Source: an uncultured Candidatus Saccharibacteria bacterium (GTDB lineage Bacteria > Patescibacteriota > Saccharimonadia > Saccharimonadales > Saccharimonadaceae). From it: a stretch of DNA of 64,000 nt. Shown here piece by piece: positions 47,753-58,251 of this stretch (position 1 is the first letter of the stretch; the number at the start of each line of letters is the position of its first letter). The position numbers and the translations under genes are program-made. The notes under the pieces are model-generated. The model ran no database searches. It was given only the letters and a program-made list of their open reading frames with translations, and was not told the DNA's origin. Location of the stretch: positions 5,166-69,165 of the forward strand of contig CAMCBN010000003.1 in NCBI GenBank assembly GCA_945873065.1, read 5' to 3'.

Positions 47753-48145
47753 CTATTTTGCACCCGCTAGGGTAGTTAATTTATGTTGAATCGTGCCATC
47801 GTACTGTCGACCAGGCAAGGTAACTTTCACACCGCCTATCACTCGTGGGTCAACAACTGAGCGTAGTTGCACCGACTGATCGACCAACTGTAGTCGATCG
47901 ACTATCTCACGACGTTGAGCGTCTGACAACAAATGTGCTGTAGTAACTGCGCCTAGCACCACACCACGTTGCGCCAAAGCTTCCTCGATAGCAGCTACCA
48001 TTTGACCAGCCTCGCGTACAGCACCAGTCGTTATCAAATAAGCCGCTACCTGACGCAGCAAAACTGAATGATCAACACTCTCATCCAGCAATTGCTCAGC
48101 TACATAATTCGCTATCCGCCGTCGTGAAAGTCGGCCAGACATCAA
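47753..48145 (-). CDS. atpH: F1Fo ATP synthase delta subunit (short form)
   Basis: Position between atpF and atpA; VDPRVIGGVKV...YDGTI. Confidence 0.88.
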   Translation of the reverse strand: MMSGRLSRRRIANYVAEQLLDESVDHSVLLRQVAAYLITTGAVREAGQMVAAIEEALAQRGVVLGAVTTAHLLSDAQRREIVDRLQLVDQSVQLRSVVDPRVIGGVKVTLPGRQYDGTIQHKLTTLAGAK

Positions 48146-48690
48146 ACAGTCTCCTTTTGTAAGTCGTCCAAGCGCTTGCGTATGAGAGCCTTGTCTTTAG
48201 CAGCATCGACTGTCTCGGCAGTCACAGTACGTGTAGCCTCCACTACCAAGCTAACCATTTCCGATTGTAAATCCCGCTTGGCTTTAGCTAGCTCTGCTTG
48301 AGTTTCTTGACGGCCAGCCTGGATAATTCGCTCAGCTTGCGCTTCGGCGTCTTGCCTGGCATTCGCCACCAACTCAGCCGCCTCTGTCCGAGCCGAGGCT
48401 ACGATATCACGCGACTCTTGACGAGCTTGCTGCATCAACTCCATGGTCCGCATCTCTGTATCGTTGGCTGCCTGCTTGGCCTTAGTAGCTGCTTCAAGAC
48501 CTTCGCGGATATCAGCGTCGCGCTTGTCGAGCATAGCCAAGATCGGCGGATAAACCCATTTTTTAAACACCAGCAACAACAGGATAAATGCCACTGTTTG
48601 CATAACGAGCAGCTTCCAGTCTAGCCCAAGCGAGCCAAACAAGTCACTGCCACCAGCTGTAGCCGATGCCAGATAGTTTACACTGTTCAC
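48142..48690 (-). CDS. atpF: F1Fo ATP synthase b subunit
   Basis: TM (QTVAFILLLLVFKKWVYPPI) then coiled coil. Confidence 0.93.
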   Translation of the reverse strand: MNSVNYLASATAGGSDLFGSLGLDWKLLVMQTVAFILLLLVFKKWVYPPILAMLDKRDADIREGLEAATKAKQAANDTEMRTMELMQQARQESRDIVASARTEAAELVANARQDAEAQAERIIQAGRQETQAELAKAKRDLQSEMVSLVVEATRTVTAETVDAAKDKALIRKRLDDLQKETV

Positions 48691-48703
48691 TGGCGCAAAC
48701 TCC

Positions 48704-48916
48704 TTACATTACTTTACCGACGATAGCCGCCACGAAACCAATAATGGCGATAGCGTCAATGAAGGAAATACCGAGGATCATCATCGTACGCAAATCGTTG
48801 ATCTTTTCTGGGTTACGACCAGCGGCCTTCATAGCTGATGCACCGACCCAACCACAGCCGATCGCTGCAAACGCTGCCGGGATCGCGTAGGTAAGTGAAA
48901 ATGCTAATGCTTCCAT
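48704..48916 (-). CDS. atpE: F1Fo ATP synthase c subunit
   Basis: Two-helix hairpin with GRNPE loop; carboxylate is Asp (FIDA); no obvious Na+-binding Q/E/S signature. Confidence 0.95.
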   Translation of the reverse strand: MEALAFSLTYAIPAAFAAIGCGWVGASAMKAAGRNPEKINDLRTMMILGISFIDAIAIIGFVAAIVGKVM

Positions 48917-48942
48917 GATATTTATCTCCTTTAAATTATTAC

Positions 48943-49788
48943 CTATATTGTTGTTACTCCTTCGGCCGTTGCAGTTCTTGCATCAATCGAAGTCGTCGAA
49001 GCCTCGGGCGTATGTTTTTCCTCATCACCGCCGTGATGCGTCAATCCAAGCGAAATGAATATAGTCGACAACATGAAGAATACATATGCCTGGATACCAC
49101 CGATAAACAATTCGAAGAAGTAAAAGGGTTGCAACACTACTGGCGAAGCAATCTGTGTCAGATAGGCTATCACTGCCAATAGTACTTCACCTGCCAGTAC
49201 GTTACCAAACAGACGGAATGACAAACTTAGCACCCGTGATAACTCTGCGACGATCTCTAAAATACCGACGAAAGACATGATCGGATCGCGCAGTGGATTG
49301 ATGATATAACGCTTGATATTGCCCAAAAAGCCCAACTCGCGTGCCGCATAAATTTGCGCCATCACAATAGTAGTGATCGCCAAACCGAATGTCATGTTCA
49401 GATCAGCCGCTTGACCACGGAACAGCGGTGTATGACCAACAGTGATCGGCCCGACGATCGGTAGCATACCCAACCAATACTGCCCAGCAATGAAGAAGAA
49501 CATAGTGATGACTAATGGTGCCACCCGACGCGACCATTTCGGATCGGGTATAACCTGCTGAACTGTATTGTAGAGGCCCTCAAAGCACCAAACCACTAAC
49601 CGCGTAGCAAAATTCGGCTTTTTATTACCGAGTACCGCGGCGCGTGTCCGGAACATCAGCCAAACCAGCAAAATTAGTCCGACCATACCGACCAAGTTAG
49701 CGTTAGTAACCGGCCACCCAGCAATATCGAACACCGTGTCAGCCTTCACTGAAATATGTAGCGATGATGACGCAAATGCAGTAAACAT
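48943..49788 (-). CDS. atpB: F1Fo ATP synthase a subunit
   Basis: ADLNMT, SLSFRLFGNVLAGE, IQAYVF. Confidence 0.95.
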   Translation of the reverse strand: MFTAFASSSLHISVKADTVFDIAGWPVTNANLVGMVGLILLVWLMFRTRAAVLGNKKPNFATRLVVWCFEGLYNTVQQVIPDPKWSRRVAPLVITMFFFIAGQYWLGMLPIVGPITVGHTPLFRGQAADLNMTFGLAITTIVMAQIYAARELGFLGNIKRYIINPLRDPIMSFVGILEIVAELSRVLSLSFRLFGNVLAGEVLLAVIAYLTQIASPVVLQPFYFFELFIGGIQAYVFFMLSTIFISLGLTHHGGDEEKHTPEASTTSIDARTATAEGVTTI

Positions 49789-49790
49789 CT

Positions 49791-50033
49791 CTATTTTTTA
49801 CCTCCATCAATTTGGCGTTTGACGAGCACCACTGCGCAAAGAGCACCAATAGGTATACCAGCGAACATCAACCATGGCTTCGTCTGCCACGATCGATCGA
49901 GCCAGACACCTAATAGCGTGAGCCCCACGACTGGCACAAAAATCCGCCAAGTCGTATCTGCCATAACACCAAAAACAGCGCTCAACGGCATAGTGTGATC
50001 ACTCCGACCACTCCCAGTAGACTCTGTACTCAT
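49791..50033 (-). CDS. AtpZ/AtpI-like membrane protein
   Basis: First gene of atp operon; GVWLDRSWQTKPW pattern. Confidence 0.8.
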   Translation of the reverse strand: MSTESTGSGRSDHTMPLSAVFGVMADTTWRIFVPVVGLTLLGVWLDRSWQTKPWLMFAGIPIGALCAVVLVKRQIDGGKK

Positions 50034-50095
50034 ATGATTGTATTGTAGCAGGCGAGGAGAGTGCCGTAAAGTGTCTTTTGGCGTATACTATCGTT

Positions 50096-50341
50096 ATGCC
50101 TCGTCGTAATCATACACCACCACATCAACCATACCGACCAGCAATTCATCGATCGCTCAAAAAGCGTTTTCCAAACCGCGCAGCCGCCGAGCGAGCTATT
50201 GCTGCAATCCGCATGTACCACCTTGACGTGTCACTCCGAGCCTACCGATCGCCCTACGATGGTGGATGGTATCTGACCAGCCAAACAGATCAGCCAGACT
50301 TTCCATCCTCGAGCCACCCCAAAGGGCGAACGCGACGATAA
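50096..50341 (+). CDS. Small basic hypothetical protein
   Basis: TATACT 6 nt before ATG 50096; KKRFPN...AYRSPYDGGWYLTS. Confidence 0.6.
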   Translation: MPRRNHTPPHQPYRPAIHRSLKKRFPNRAAAERAIAAIRMYHLDVSLRAYRSPYDGGWYLTSQTDQPDFPSSSHPKGRTRR

Positions 50342-50350
50342 ATAAGATTT

Positions 50351-52594
50351 TTAATAGAACAACACTCGACGCTGGCTATTGGTATTTTTATTAGCCTGTG
50401 GGGTAGCATTATTGTTGGTAGTGTCATCGCCGAGCTGACCGTTTGAGTTATTGCCAACCGTGAAGACTTTGCGATTACTAGTATAGGCTACTGCCGTACC
50501 GTAGCCAGATCGTACATACAAAGCATTATTACCACCAGTGCCTAATACCAACATCTGTTGTGGTGTGGCATAGATACCACCAAAATGTCCAATGCCGAGC
50601 TGACCCGATACATTACTACCTGCGCCAAACACTCGTCCATCTGTAGTCACTACAAATATGTTAGCTACATTTGGATCAAGCCCGTTTGATGTTGTCCAAG
50701 ATGTTGTCGCTCTCACGCCAGCTGGAAGCTTAAAATCGACCGGAACTGGATTGTACATCTGGCGCTTGTACCTATCTGGGTCAAACGGATTTGAGTTGAC
50801 ACCATTACCAAGCGCTCCTGTATTTAGCCCCCATGTCTGGACACGACCATCATTTCGGACTAGCGCAGCAAAGTATTGGTCGGTCGAAACATCGACCACT
50901 CCCGATGATGCGATTCGCTCAAGGGTCGGATTGTAGGCATACCACAAAAAATTCATAATGTACCGGCAGTCAGCCACTTCTGTTTCGCCAGTTGACGAGT
51001 TGGCTTCTATGACACATTTACCACGACCACCAATATCGCTACTATTGCTAAGGTATACGTAGTCTCGACTTCCTGGAACATAGCGAAAATCATATTTTTG
51101 ACTCGGCGAAGCACCCGAAGTAGGACATCGCGACATTTCAGCACGTTTGAAGTCCGTACCAGCACTCGTCAGACAAAGGGCATTCGATGATGCTGGGTTA
51201 GATTCGACTCGAAGTGTATTTGATGTCCGTTCAAAGCTCCATCGCTGGTTGGCTGCAGCCGAGCAATTCTCGGTCTTCGTCGCCTGACCATTCGCTGCTA
51301 GACATTTTTTTGAATTTAGCCCCAGTAGTCGAAATGTCGCTACACCAGCCTGGCCAAAGTTCGTTTTGCCAGCAGAATATAGAGCTCCATTACTATCGCG
51401 CACGTACATAGTGTCCCCATCAAATGTCACCTGTACCGCCTTCGATTTGCCTGGCATACCAAAAGTACCTATCTGTACAGGCGAGCGGCGCTCATTGATG
51501 TCATTTTGCGCCAATTGGCCAAAAAAGTTATTGCCCCAACCATACAATTTGCCACTCTCACCGATCGCATACGCTGTCTGGCTATCGACAGCCCACGACA
51601 CCGCATCACCACGTATTTTTTCGGGGAAGGTGAGCTTGGTAGGTGTGCGAATCGCTGCCTCGGATGAATTGACACCAGCTACACCTTTTTCGTTCGTACC
51701 AGCAACGTAGACATTACCATTTGATGTCACGACAAACGTCACCTCGCCGAGTGGTGCCACAAATGTTGCCACGGCATCACTCGCAGGTAATCTAAATTGT
51801 ACCGGCGACGATACGTGTCGATCCGTCGTCGCGGGATTGCCTAATTGTCCTCCATCGTTGAGCCCAGCCCCCCAGACCTCACCATTATCAGTCAATGCAA
51901 ACAAGTTTCGTCCATGTGACAAAAAATTAGTATATGTGCGAACCACACGTTTATTCGCCGGTAGAGAAAACCTCCCTGGGTGCAATGTATCTGTAGTATT
52001 GCCTAGTCCCAGCTGGCCAAACGCATTAAACCCAGCCGAATTAGGCCGGCCAAATTCATCGATCGTAGTGAAGAATGCTCCATTTGGCGACCCTGATGCA
52101 TAACCAAACGTCACGCTATCTAGTAAAGTACTCAGACCTGTTTGTCCAGCGAGACGATATTCGTACGACTTCCACAAACTATCATCTGTCGTCCGAAATA
52201 TCTCGGTGCGCCCGATCACTACCACACGCTGGATACTACCTTCGCGCCGTTCAGGCTCAGCCACTTCAAATGTCGACCGTATATTGCCAGTCTGTAGCAC
52301 ATAGCGCGATCGACCAGCTACCGAGCTACCCTGGCAATTGGTATCGGGACGTAATTTCGCTGTATTTGACCATTGAGCTAATTCATTATTCTGCTCGAGA
52401 CACTTTGAAGCGTACACCACACCACTTTCGGCTGCTTCGCGAGCCAAGCGACGATAGTACTGAGCGTACAAACCTTCACGAATTGATGTCGTCGCCGAGG
52501 CCGCCACCAATAGCAACAGCATTATCACCACAGAGGCGACAATAATCGTCGGAAGAGCAAATCCCGTGTCTGATCTATTTTTGTACGATCTCAT
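50351..52594 (-). CDS. Prepilin-type N-terminus + RCC1-like repeats + ricin-B-like lectin domain (putative adhesin)
   Basis: TG|FALPTIIV hydrophobic N-terminus; repeated GxNxxGQLG; Cys-paired QxW-type subdomains; ATG 52594 preferred. Confidence 0.8.
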   Translation of the reverse strand: MRSYKNRSDTGFALPTIIVASVVIMLLLLVAASATTSIREGLYAQYYRRLAREAAESGVVYASKCLEQNNELAQWSNTAKLRPDTNCQGSSVAGRSRYVLQTGNIRSTFEVAEPERREGSIQRVVVIGRTEIFRTTDDSLWKSYEYRLAGQTGLSTLLDSVTFGYASGSPNGAFFTTIDEFGRPNSAGFNAFGQLGLGNTTDTLHPGRFSLPANKRVVRTYTNFLSHGRNLFALTDNGEVWGAGLNDGGQLGNPATTDRHVSSPVQFRLPASDAVATFVAPLGEVTFVVTSNGNVYVAGTNEKGVAGVNSSEAAIRTPTKLTFPEKIRGDAVSWAVDSQTAYAIGESGKLYGWGNNFFGQLAQNDINERRSPVQIGTFGMPGKSKAVQVTFDGDTMYVRDSNGALYSAGKTNFGQAGVATFRLLGLNSKKCLAANGQATKTENCSAAANQRWSFERTSNTLRVESNPASSNALCLTSAGTDFKRAEMSRCPTSGASPSQKYDFRYVPGSRDYVYLSNSSDIGGRGKCVIEANSSTGETEVADCRYIMNFLWYAYNPTLERIASSGVVDVSTDQYFAALVRNDGRVQTWGLNTGALGNGVNSNPFDPDRYKRQMYNPVPVDFKLPAGVRATTSWTTSNGLDPNVANIFVVTTDGRVFGAGSNVSGQLGIGHFGGIYATPQQMLVLGTGGNNALYVRSGYGTAVAYTSNRKVFTVGNNSNGQLGDDTTNNNATPQANKNTNSQRRVLFY

Positions 52595-52752
52595 TATCTC
52601 TACAATACCGTAATTTTCAACCGTAAGCAATATCAAAATTATTAATCACAAAGCCATCACATATCTCACCAATTATTCTAGTTTTATTGGCATCTGGGGG
52701 CTTGCGTGTACCGACATCCCGTATATAATAATGCTGTTAGAAGGGGATTAAT

Positions 52753-53043
52753 ATGACATCACAGACAAGCGATACTATCAACTCTACGCCAACTATCATC
52801 ATTTATAGCGCTGAATGGTGTGCGTTTTGCAAAACCGAAAAACAATACCTTGATCGCCTCGGCGTACCGTACACTACTCGCGACATCGAAAAAGACGATG
52901 GTGCCATGGATGAGCTTCTTGCCAAGGTCGGTGGCACCACTAGTAGTGTTCCTGTGACTGACATCAATGGCGAGATTATCCGTGGCTTCGACCGCATTGC
53001 TATCGATGCCGCACTCAAAGCTGCGCATCTCATCAAGGAGTAG
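52753..53043 (+). CDS. Glutaredoxin-like protein (NrdH/YruB type)
   Basis: WCAFC, SVPVTDING, GFD. Confidence 0.9.
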   Translation: MTSQTSDTINSTPTIIIYSAEWCAFCKTEKQYLDRLGVPYTTRDIEKDDGAMDELLAKVGGTTSSVPVTDINGEIIRGFDRIAIDAALKAAHLIKE

Positions 53044-53089
53044 ATTAAACAGAATTGTGCTAGACGAGCAGGAGAAATCGTCGCATTCA

Positions 53090-54805
53090 TCAACTCTCGC
53101 CGATTTGCACTACATCGCCACCGATTTTGTGGCGAAAGTAATCGTCGTGACTAACGTAAAGGACAGCGCCCGAATAACGCTCCAGCGCCGCCTCAATCTC
53201 CTCGATACTCGGTAAATCAAGGTGGTTGGTCGGTTCATCGAGAATGAGTAGCTGCGGATCGTTCGCTAGCATGCTGATGATTTGAAAACGTGCTTTTTGC
53301 CCACCACTCAGCGAAGCAAGGGGAATCGCTCCATCGTTTTCGATGAAAAGGTAGTCGCTCATCAGCTGACGAATTTTCGTTTCATTAATCGGTAGATCGC
53401 GATCAAGATACATTTGCTCAATCGCACGAGCGAGCGGCACCTCCAAGTAAGTTGGCGCTATTTCTTGCTCATACACACCGACACGCACATGCGGATCGAG
53501 GGCGAGAGAACCATTATAAATAATTGGTCGCATTAGAGAATGTCTGCCCCCTAGATCACTAGGGTAGCCCCGCTGTTCTTCAGATTGACCTAAACGATTT
53601 GACGATAAAGACTCCAGCAGCGCCCGAATCAACGTCGACTTACCAGCACCATTTCTCCCTCGCAACTCGACCGCTTCGCCTTCGCGCAAGTCAATATTAA
53701 CACCTTCAAATAAAATCCGTTCGCCGTAACCCAACGCGAGGTCGCGCACCTCGACCAGTTTGCGCTGTGAGCGCATCGCACCATCTTTCATACCGAGACG
53801 AATATTTTTTGCTTTGAATTTCTGGTAGCGATCTGCCACTTTGTAATTCAATTGTGATACATTGTCGCGGTCAATCCAAAAGGTTGGCTTGTCGATCGCC
53901 TCCAGTTTTTCTAGCTCCGACGCTGCCTGTAGTTCGCGTCGTTTAAACTGTTTGATAGTATCAGGGTCACGGGCTTTTTCTTTCATTCGCCGAAACTGCA
54001 AAACTTTGTCGCGCAAATTGGCGATCCGCCGCTCGATCTGTTCGAAGTCCTGCATAGCGTTACCTGTTGCCGAAGCGTTTTGTCGCAAATAATCATCATA
54101 ATTACCACTGTAACTAACACAGCCACCATCCTTCATTTCTACGATACGGTCTACTTCTCTCAAAACATCACGATCATGGGTGATCACCAATACTGCCTGG
54201 CTAGAACTCTTCATCCAATCGATAAATTGCTTTTTGGCGATATAATCCATATGATTGGTCGGCTCGTCGATCAACGCCAAATCAGCATCAGCATGCATGA
54301 TTTTCACCACTTCGACTAAACGCTTTTGTCCACCACTCAGGCTCGATATTTTGCGTTCACCATAGCCCTCCATCTGGAAATTCTTTAGTTCTTCGGCGAC
54401 TAATTCTTCGATCTGATAAAACCCTTTTTCGCCAAAGCGATCCAGCGCCTGCGTGTACTTCTCAATTTTTTGCATGTCGTCGCCCATAGTTTGCGGGTAG
54501 GTATGAAGGATATGTCGCAACCGCATGTACTCAGGTAGCCCTCGCAAAATATATTCCAGCACCGTGATGTCACCGACACCGTGGTGCTCCTGCGCTGTCG
54601 CCACCACCACGCTACCACGACGAAAAATGATCGAGCCACTATAATCATCATCTACACCTGTCAGCATACCAAATAAAGTAGACTTACCAACACCATTACG
54701 CCCAATTAAGCCGACTTTTTCGCCATCATCGACGCTGAATTTGACATCTGTCATCAAAACTTTCGGACCGAATGATTTTTCGGTAACATGGATATCAGCA
54801 ATCAT
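53090..54805 (-). CDS. ABC-F family ATP-binding protein
   Basis: Two ABC cassettes (GRNGVGKS/LSGGQ/DEPTNH; GRNGAGKS/LSGGQ/DEPTNH), no TM domain. Confidence 0.93.
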   Translation of the reverse strand: MIADIHVTEKSFGPKVLMTDVKFSVDDGEKVGLIGRNGVGKSTLFGMLTGVDDDYSGSIIFRRGSVVVATAQEHHGVGDITVLEYILRGLPEYMRLRHILHTYPQTMGDDMQKIEKYTQALDRFGEKGFYQIEELVAEELKNFQMEGYGERKISSLSGGQKRLVEVVKIMHADADLALIDEPTNHMDYIAKKQFIDWMKSSSQAVLVITHDRDVLREVDRIVEMKDGGCVSYSGNYDDYLRQNASATGNAMQDFEQIERRIANLRDKVLQFRRMKEKARDPDTIKQFKRRELQAASELEKLEAIDKPTFWIDRDNVSQLNYKVADRYQKFKAKNIRLGMKDGAMRSQRKLVEVRDLALGYGERILFEGVNIDLREGEAVELRGRNGAGKSTLIRALLESLSSNRLGQSEEQRGYPSDLGGRHSLMRPIIYNGSLALDPHVRVGVYEQEIAPTYLEVPLARAIEQMYLDRDLPINETKIRQLMSDYLFIENDGAIPLASLSGGQKARFQIISMLANDPQLLILDEPTNHLDLPSIEEIEAALERYSGAVLYVSHDDYFRHKIGGDVVQIGES

Positions 54806-54959
54806 TGGTATATTATAGCATGTGAGCTACGACAGCCCACTGCGGCATATATAGCCTTAACCTCAGAATTACGTCCACCTTGTTTATTTTACTACATCGT
54901 AACCTTACATATGGTGGTACAATACTCCCCAGACACACTAGAAAAAAGAAAGGTTATGG

Positions 54960-55328
54960 ATGAGTTACGAGCAACAACCTCTCATTGAAAATGATGGTAT
55001 CACATTAGTTAATTACACTTCTTTGCCACCAGAGCAGACCGCGCTATTCCCATCGTCAGCCTCGACCGAAGATATTGCAGCCTTGCCACTAGACACCCTG
55101 CAGTCTATGGCAGCCGATGAACAATTTACAATGGATAACATTGATTTTACAGCAGCAGAGAAACGCTTCCTGGCCAGTTGGCTCGATCCTATCGCGAGCG
55201 TAGACCCCAACATGGCTAGTGAATTAGCCGAAGAATGCCTACGAATAAAGAGAAACGGAGGGAACGCTGGTAATATGACGGCTTTCATAAAAAATACTTT
55301 GAGTAGCGACATAGCCAGTGCTGCCTAG
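54960..55328 (+). CDS. Hypothetical acidic protein
   Basis: 122-aa ORF in correct spacing; no motif. Confidence 0.55.
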   Translation: MSYEQQPLIENDGITLVNYTSLPPEQTALFPSSASTEDIAALPLDTLQSMAADEQFTMDNIDFTAAEKRFLASWLDPIASVDPNMASELAEECLRIKRNGGNAGNMTAFIKNTLSSDIASAA

Positions 55329-55353
55329 CGACAGATGATGCTATAATACTTGC

Positions 55354-55830
55354 ATGACTAATCGACACGCCGCCAAACCAGCCACCACTCCCATAGTGAA
55401 CCGTCGAGCGCGGTTTGATTATGAATTGAGTGAAGAGATCGTGGCTGGGATCGTGTTGACTGGCCTAGAAGTGCGAGCCGCACGCGACAGGCACGTGCAA
55501 CTCAAAGGTGCTTATGTTACTTTGCGAAACGGCGAATTGTGGCTGAACAATGCTAGTTTTTCCCTCAAGCAAAATGAGCGCGGCAAACCAGGTTCGCGCG
55601 CTGTCGACACTTCAGCGCGAAAATTACTCGCTAGTCGCAAACAAATTGACGATTTCGCTACCGCCAGACAACGAGGCTTGACCATTGTCCCGACAAAGTT
55701 ATTGACTCACGGGAGATTCATCAAGGTCGTTATCGCTCTCGGCAAAGGCAAGAAAAAATACGACAAACGCGAAACTATCAAGCGGCGCGACATCGAGCGC
55801 GAGAGTAGACGCACGCTACGTCGTTATTAG
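55354..55830 (+). CDS. smpB: SsrA-binding protein
   Basis: NRRARFDY, AGIVLTGLEV, RKLL, GKGKKKYDKRETIKRRD. Confidence 0.96.
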   Translation: MTNRHAAKPATTPIVNRRARFDYELSEEIVAGIVLTGLEVRAARDRHVQLKGAYVTLRNGELWLNNASFSLKQNERGKPGSRAVDTSARKLLASRKQIDDFATARQRGLTIVPTKLLTHGRFIKVVIALGKGKKKYDKRETIKRRDIERESRRTLRRY

Positions 55831-55895
55831 CAACACAACCAAGCAATTCTTCTACTTCTTGTTTATACTATTTTGTCGCTTGCGCTATTATGCCT

Positions 55896-57197
55896 CTAGA
55901 TATTTGTACCGCGACGTGCTGCTCTTGCGGCAATCACACGCTCGTATAAGTCGATGACTTTATGGATTTGCCGTTTTTCGGTATAGCGCAGCGCCAGTTT
56001 TTTACTTTGTTCGCCAAACTCAGTACGTTTTTTCGGACTCTTCAAAATACTCAAAACTTTCTCGGCGAAATCGTGCGGGTCGTTTTCGGCGTAATAGCCA
56101 TTTACACCATCTTTCACTACCTCTGATACATCGCGATCGATCAGCACAATAGGCAACCGCGCGTGCGCCGACTCGTGCAGCACCCAACCCTGTGTATCCT
56201 TTAGTGACGGGAACAAGAACACGTCCAGTGCTGCGTACGCAACACCCAATTTCTCGCGCGGAATCATGCCAGTAAAAATTATCCGCTCAGGGAATTTCGA
56301 CTGGGCAGCGATCGCTTCCAACTTCTCGCGAAAATCAAAATCACCGACAAACAGCAGCTTCGCCTTCGGTCGCGCTGCACCGATTTCGTCAAATGCTTCG
56401 ACTAACAACGGTAGATTTTTTTCTTCACCCAATCGCCCAACGAAACCGACGACCTCGTCTTTCTCGCTTAAATTCCACTGCGCCCGAAAATCTGCCAACT
56501 GCTTTTTGGTTGGCTTTGGCACTGCATCAACACCGCTCGGCAAGATTTCCATATCGTAATGATAATCATCAGTCTGCCATGATTTAAGCTGATTATAGCT
56601 TTTTCGACTCAGCGCAATCACGCAATCAGCCTTACTGTGCAAGATCGTCATAGCCTTAGAGATAATATCCCTATTCCACCTAGTCACACCAGAACGTGGC
56701 CGCCACAACTTCAGGATTTCTCCGATATCGTGTCCGTTCATTTTGACAGATAGGGGAAATAGCACACCGACTAGCGCTAATGCTCCAGGCAGTACTGCTG
56801 GGTAATTTTCAACGAACTCGTAAAGATCAGTCGAATGTTGGATAACTAGTGGAATGTCATACTTAACCGCTGCTTTGATACCGAGCAGACCAATTTGTGA
56901 TGGCGTAAACACATGGACCACATCAAGCTGCATGTCGTCAATTTGCTTCAGTTGTTTTGGTGGCAAAAACAGGGAGATATCAGAACTATCGAAAAATCCG
57001 CTGCTAAAACTGCGAAAACGAATCACGTGGTCGCCCTCATCTGGCGCAGCGTGCTTATTTGGATCAAGCGACCGTGCAGGACAAAAAATAAACACTTCGT
57101 GACCTTGCTCTTCCAGCCGCTGCTTCAACGTATCAACCACAAAAGTGATGCCGTTAATCGTCGGCCGATACGTGTCGGTAAATAAACCAATCCTCAT
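55896..57197 (-). CDS. GT4 glycosyltransferase, monoglycosyl-diacylglycerol synthase (Mgs/LafA)-like
   Basis: MRIGLFTDTYRPTINGI, VGRLGEEKN, DTQGWVLHE. Confidence 0.85.
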   Translation of the reverse strand: MRIGLFTDTYRPTINGITFVVDTLKQRLEEQGHEVFIFCPARSLDPNKHAAPDEGDHVIRFRSFSSGFFDSSDISLFLPPKQLKQIDDMQLDVVHVFTPSQIGLLGIKAAVKYDIPLVIQHSTDLYEFVENYPAVLPGALALVGVLFPLSVKMNGHDIGEILKLWRPRSGVTRWNRDIISKAMTILHSKADCVIALSRKSYNQLKSWQTDDYHYDMEILPSGVDAVPKPTKKQLADFRAQWNLSEKDEVVGFVGRLGEEKNLPLLVEAFDEIGAARPKAKLLFVGDFDFREKLEAIAAQSKFPERIIFTGMIPREKLGVAYAALDVFLFPSLKDTQGWVLHESAHARLPIVLIDRDVSEVVKDGVNGYYAENDPHDFAEKVLSILKSPKKRTEFGEQSKKLALRYTEKRQIHKVIDLYERVIAARAARRGTNI

Positions 57198-57221
57198 AAC
57201 GTGTAGGATAATTGTACCATA

Positions 57222-58241
57222 TTAGAGTAAATTTTTATAGAGACCCACTAATCGCTCAGCTCCAGCCTGGCTGTCAAAGCGCTTGGCAATTTCGGCTGAA
57301 CCCTTACGAGCGTGCTTTCTATACGCTGCGTCAGTCTGCAGCCGCTCAACAATCTTAATAAATTCTTTGTCGGTTTTTGCCATCAAAGCATCGCCACGAA
57401 AGGTATCGTTATACTGCGGAATATCACGCAAAACGATTGGCAGCCCCGCGCCAGCTGCTTCCAATACGCACATTGGATGGTTTTCCTGCATCGCAGGCAA
57501 GACAAACACATCAGCAGCCAGATAATATTGTCGCACCTCTTCGAGCGGAATGACTCCAGTAACAACCAGGTTTTCAGGTGCAGATCCGATCATTTTTTGC
57601 ATCGCTCCATACTCCGCCCCTAGGTTTTTGAAAGGAATGCCACCAACCCAAAAAAATCGTGCTTCTGGCATTTTTTTAGCTATGTCGATCAAAATATCTA
57701 GTCGCTTGCGCGGTTGCACTTGGCCGTTACCGATTACCACAAAATCACTCTTTTTTAGCCCCAGCTTTTTACGAGCTGCCTGCCGCTCCGCTGCGGTTGA
57801 AGCATAGCGACCCATGTCGATCGTGTTGTATAGCACTTCCGTTTGTTGGATCTTCATATCGTTAACTAATTCATCGCGCACCATTCCAGAGCACGCCAAT
57901 ACCAAATCGGCTTTTTTGTAGAAAAATTTTAGCCACCAGCGTCCAAGCGGTTTCCAGTATTTCGCACCACGGATTGATCCTACGAAACTATCTGGAACGA
58001 GATGCGCCGAGACGACCTTTTTACCGTCGCGCTTAATAAGATGTCGAAATGAATATATACCAACAGTCTGAATATGAATGATGTCTGCCGACCGATTTAC
58101 ATTGACCTCAACGTCAACATCTTTCCTTTTTTTAAGTGCAGCAGTTATCTCCTTGTAAGCTGTATGTACACCGTGACCTTGCACGGTAAACTCGCTTTCA
58201 GAGATCATATTAACTCGCAGTTTCTTTTCTTTGGTCTTCAT
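57222..58241 (-). CDS. GT4 glycosyltransferase, CpoA/LafB-like
   Basis: KLRVNMISES...QGHGVHTAY, NGQVQPRK, ENHPMCVLEA; ATG 58241 preferred because 58250 abuts the -10. Confidence 0.85.
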   Translation of the reverse strand: MKTKEKKLRVNMISESEFTVQGHGVHTAYKEITAALKKRKDVDVEVNVNRSADIIHIQTVGIYSFRHLIKRDGKKVVSAHLVPDSFVGSIRGAKYWKPLGRWWLKFFYKKADLVLACSGMVRDELVNDMKIQQTEVLYNTIDMGRYASTAAERQAARKKLGLKKSDFVVIGNGQVQPRKRLDILIDIAKKMPEARFFWVGGIPFKNLGAEYGAMQKMIGSAPENLVVTGVIPLEEVRQYYLAADVFVLPAMQENHPMCVLEAAGAGLPIVLRDIPQYNDTFRGDALMAKTDKEFIKIVERLQTDAAYRKHARKGSAEIAKRFDSQAGAERLVGLYKNLL

Positions 58242-58251
58242 AATGGCCATA

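Noticed and set aside
55330-55900. tmRNA next to smpB
   Set aside because: No space or GGGG...TCCACCA ends in the flanks.
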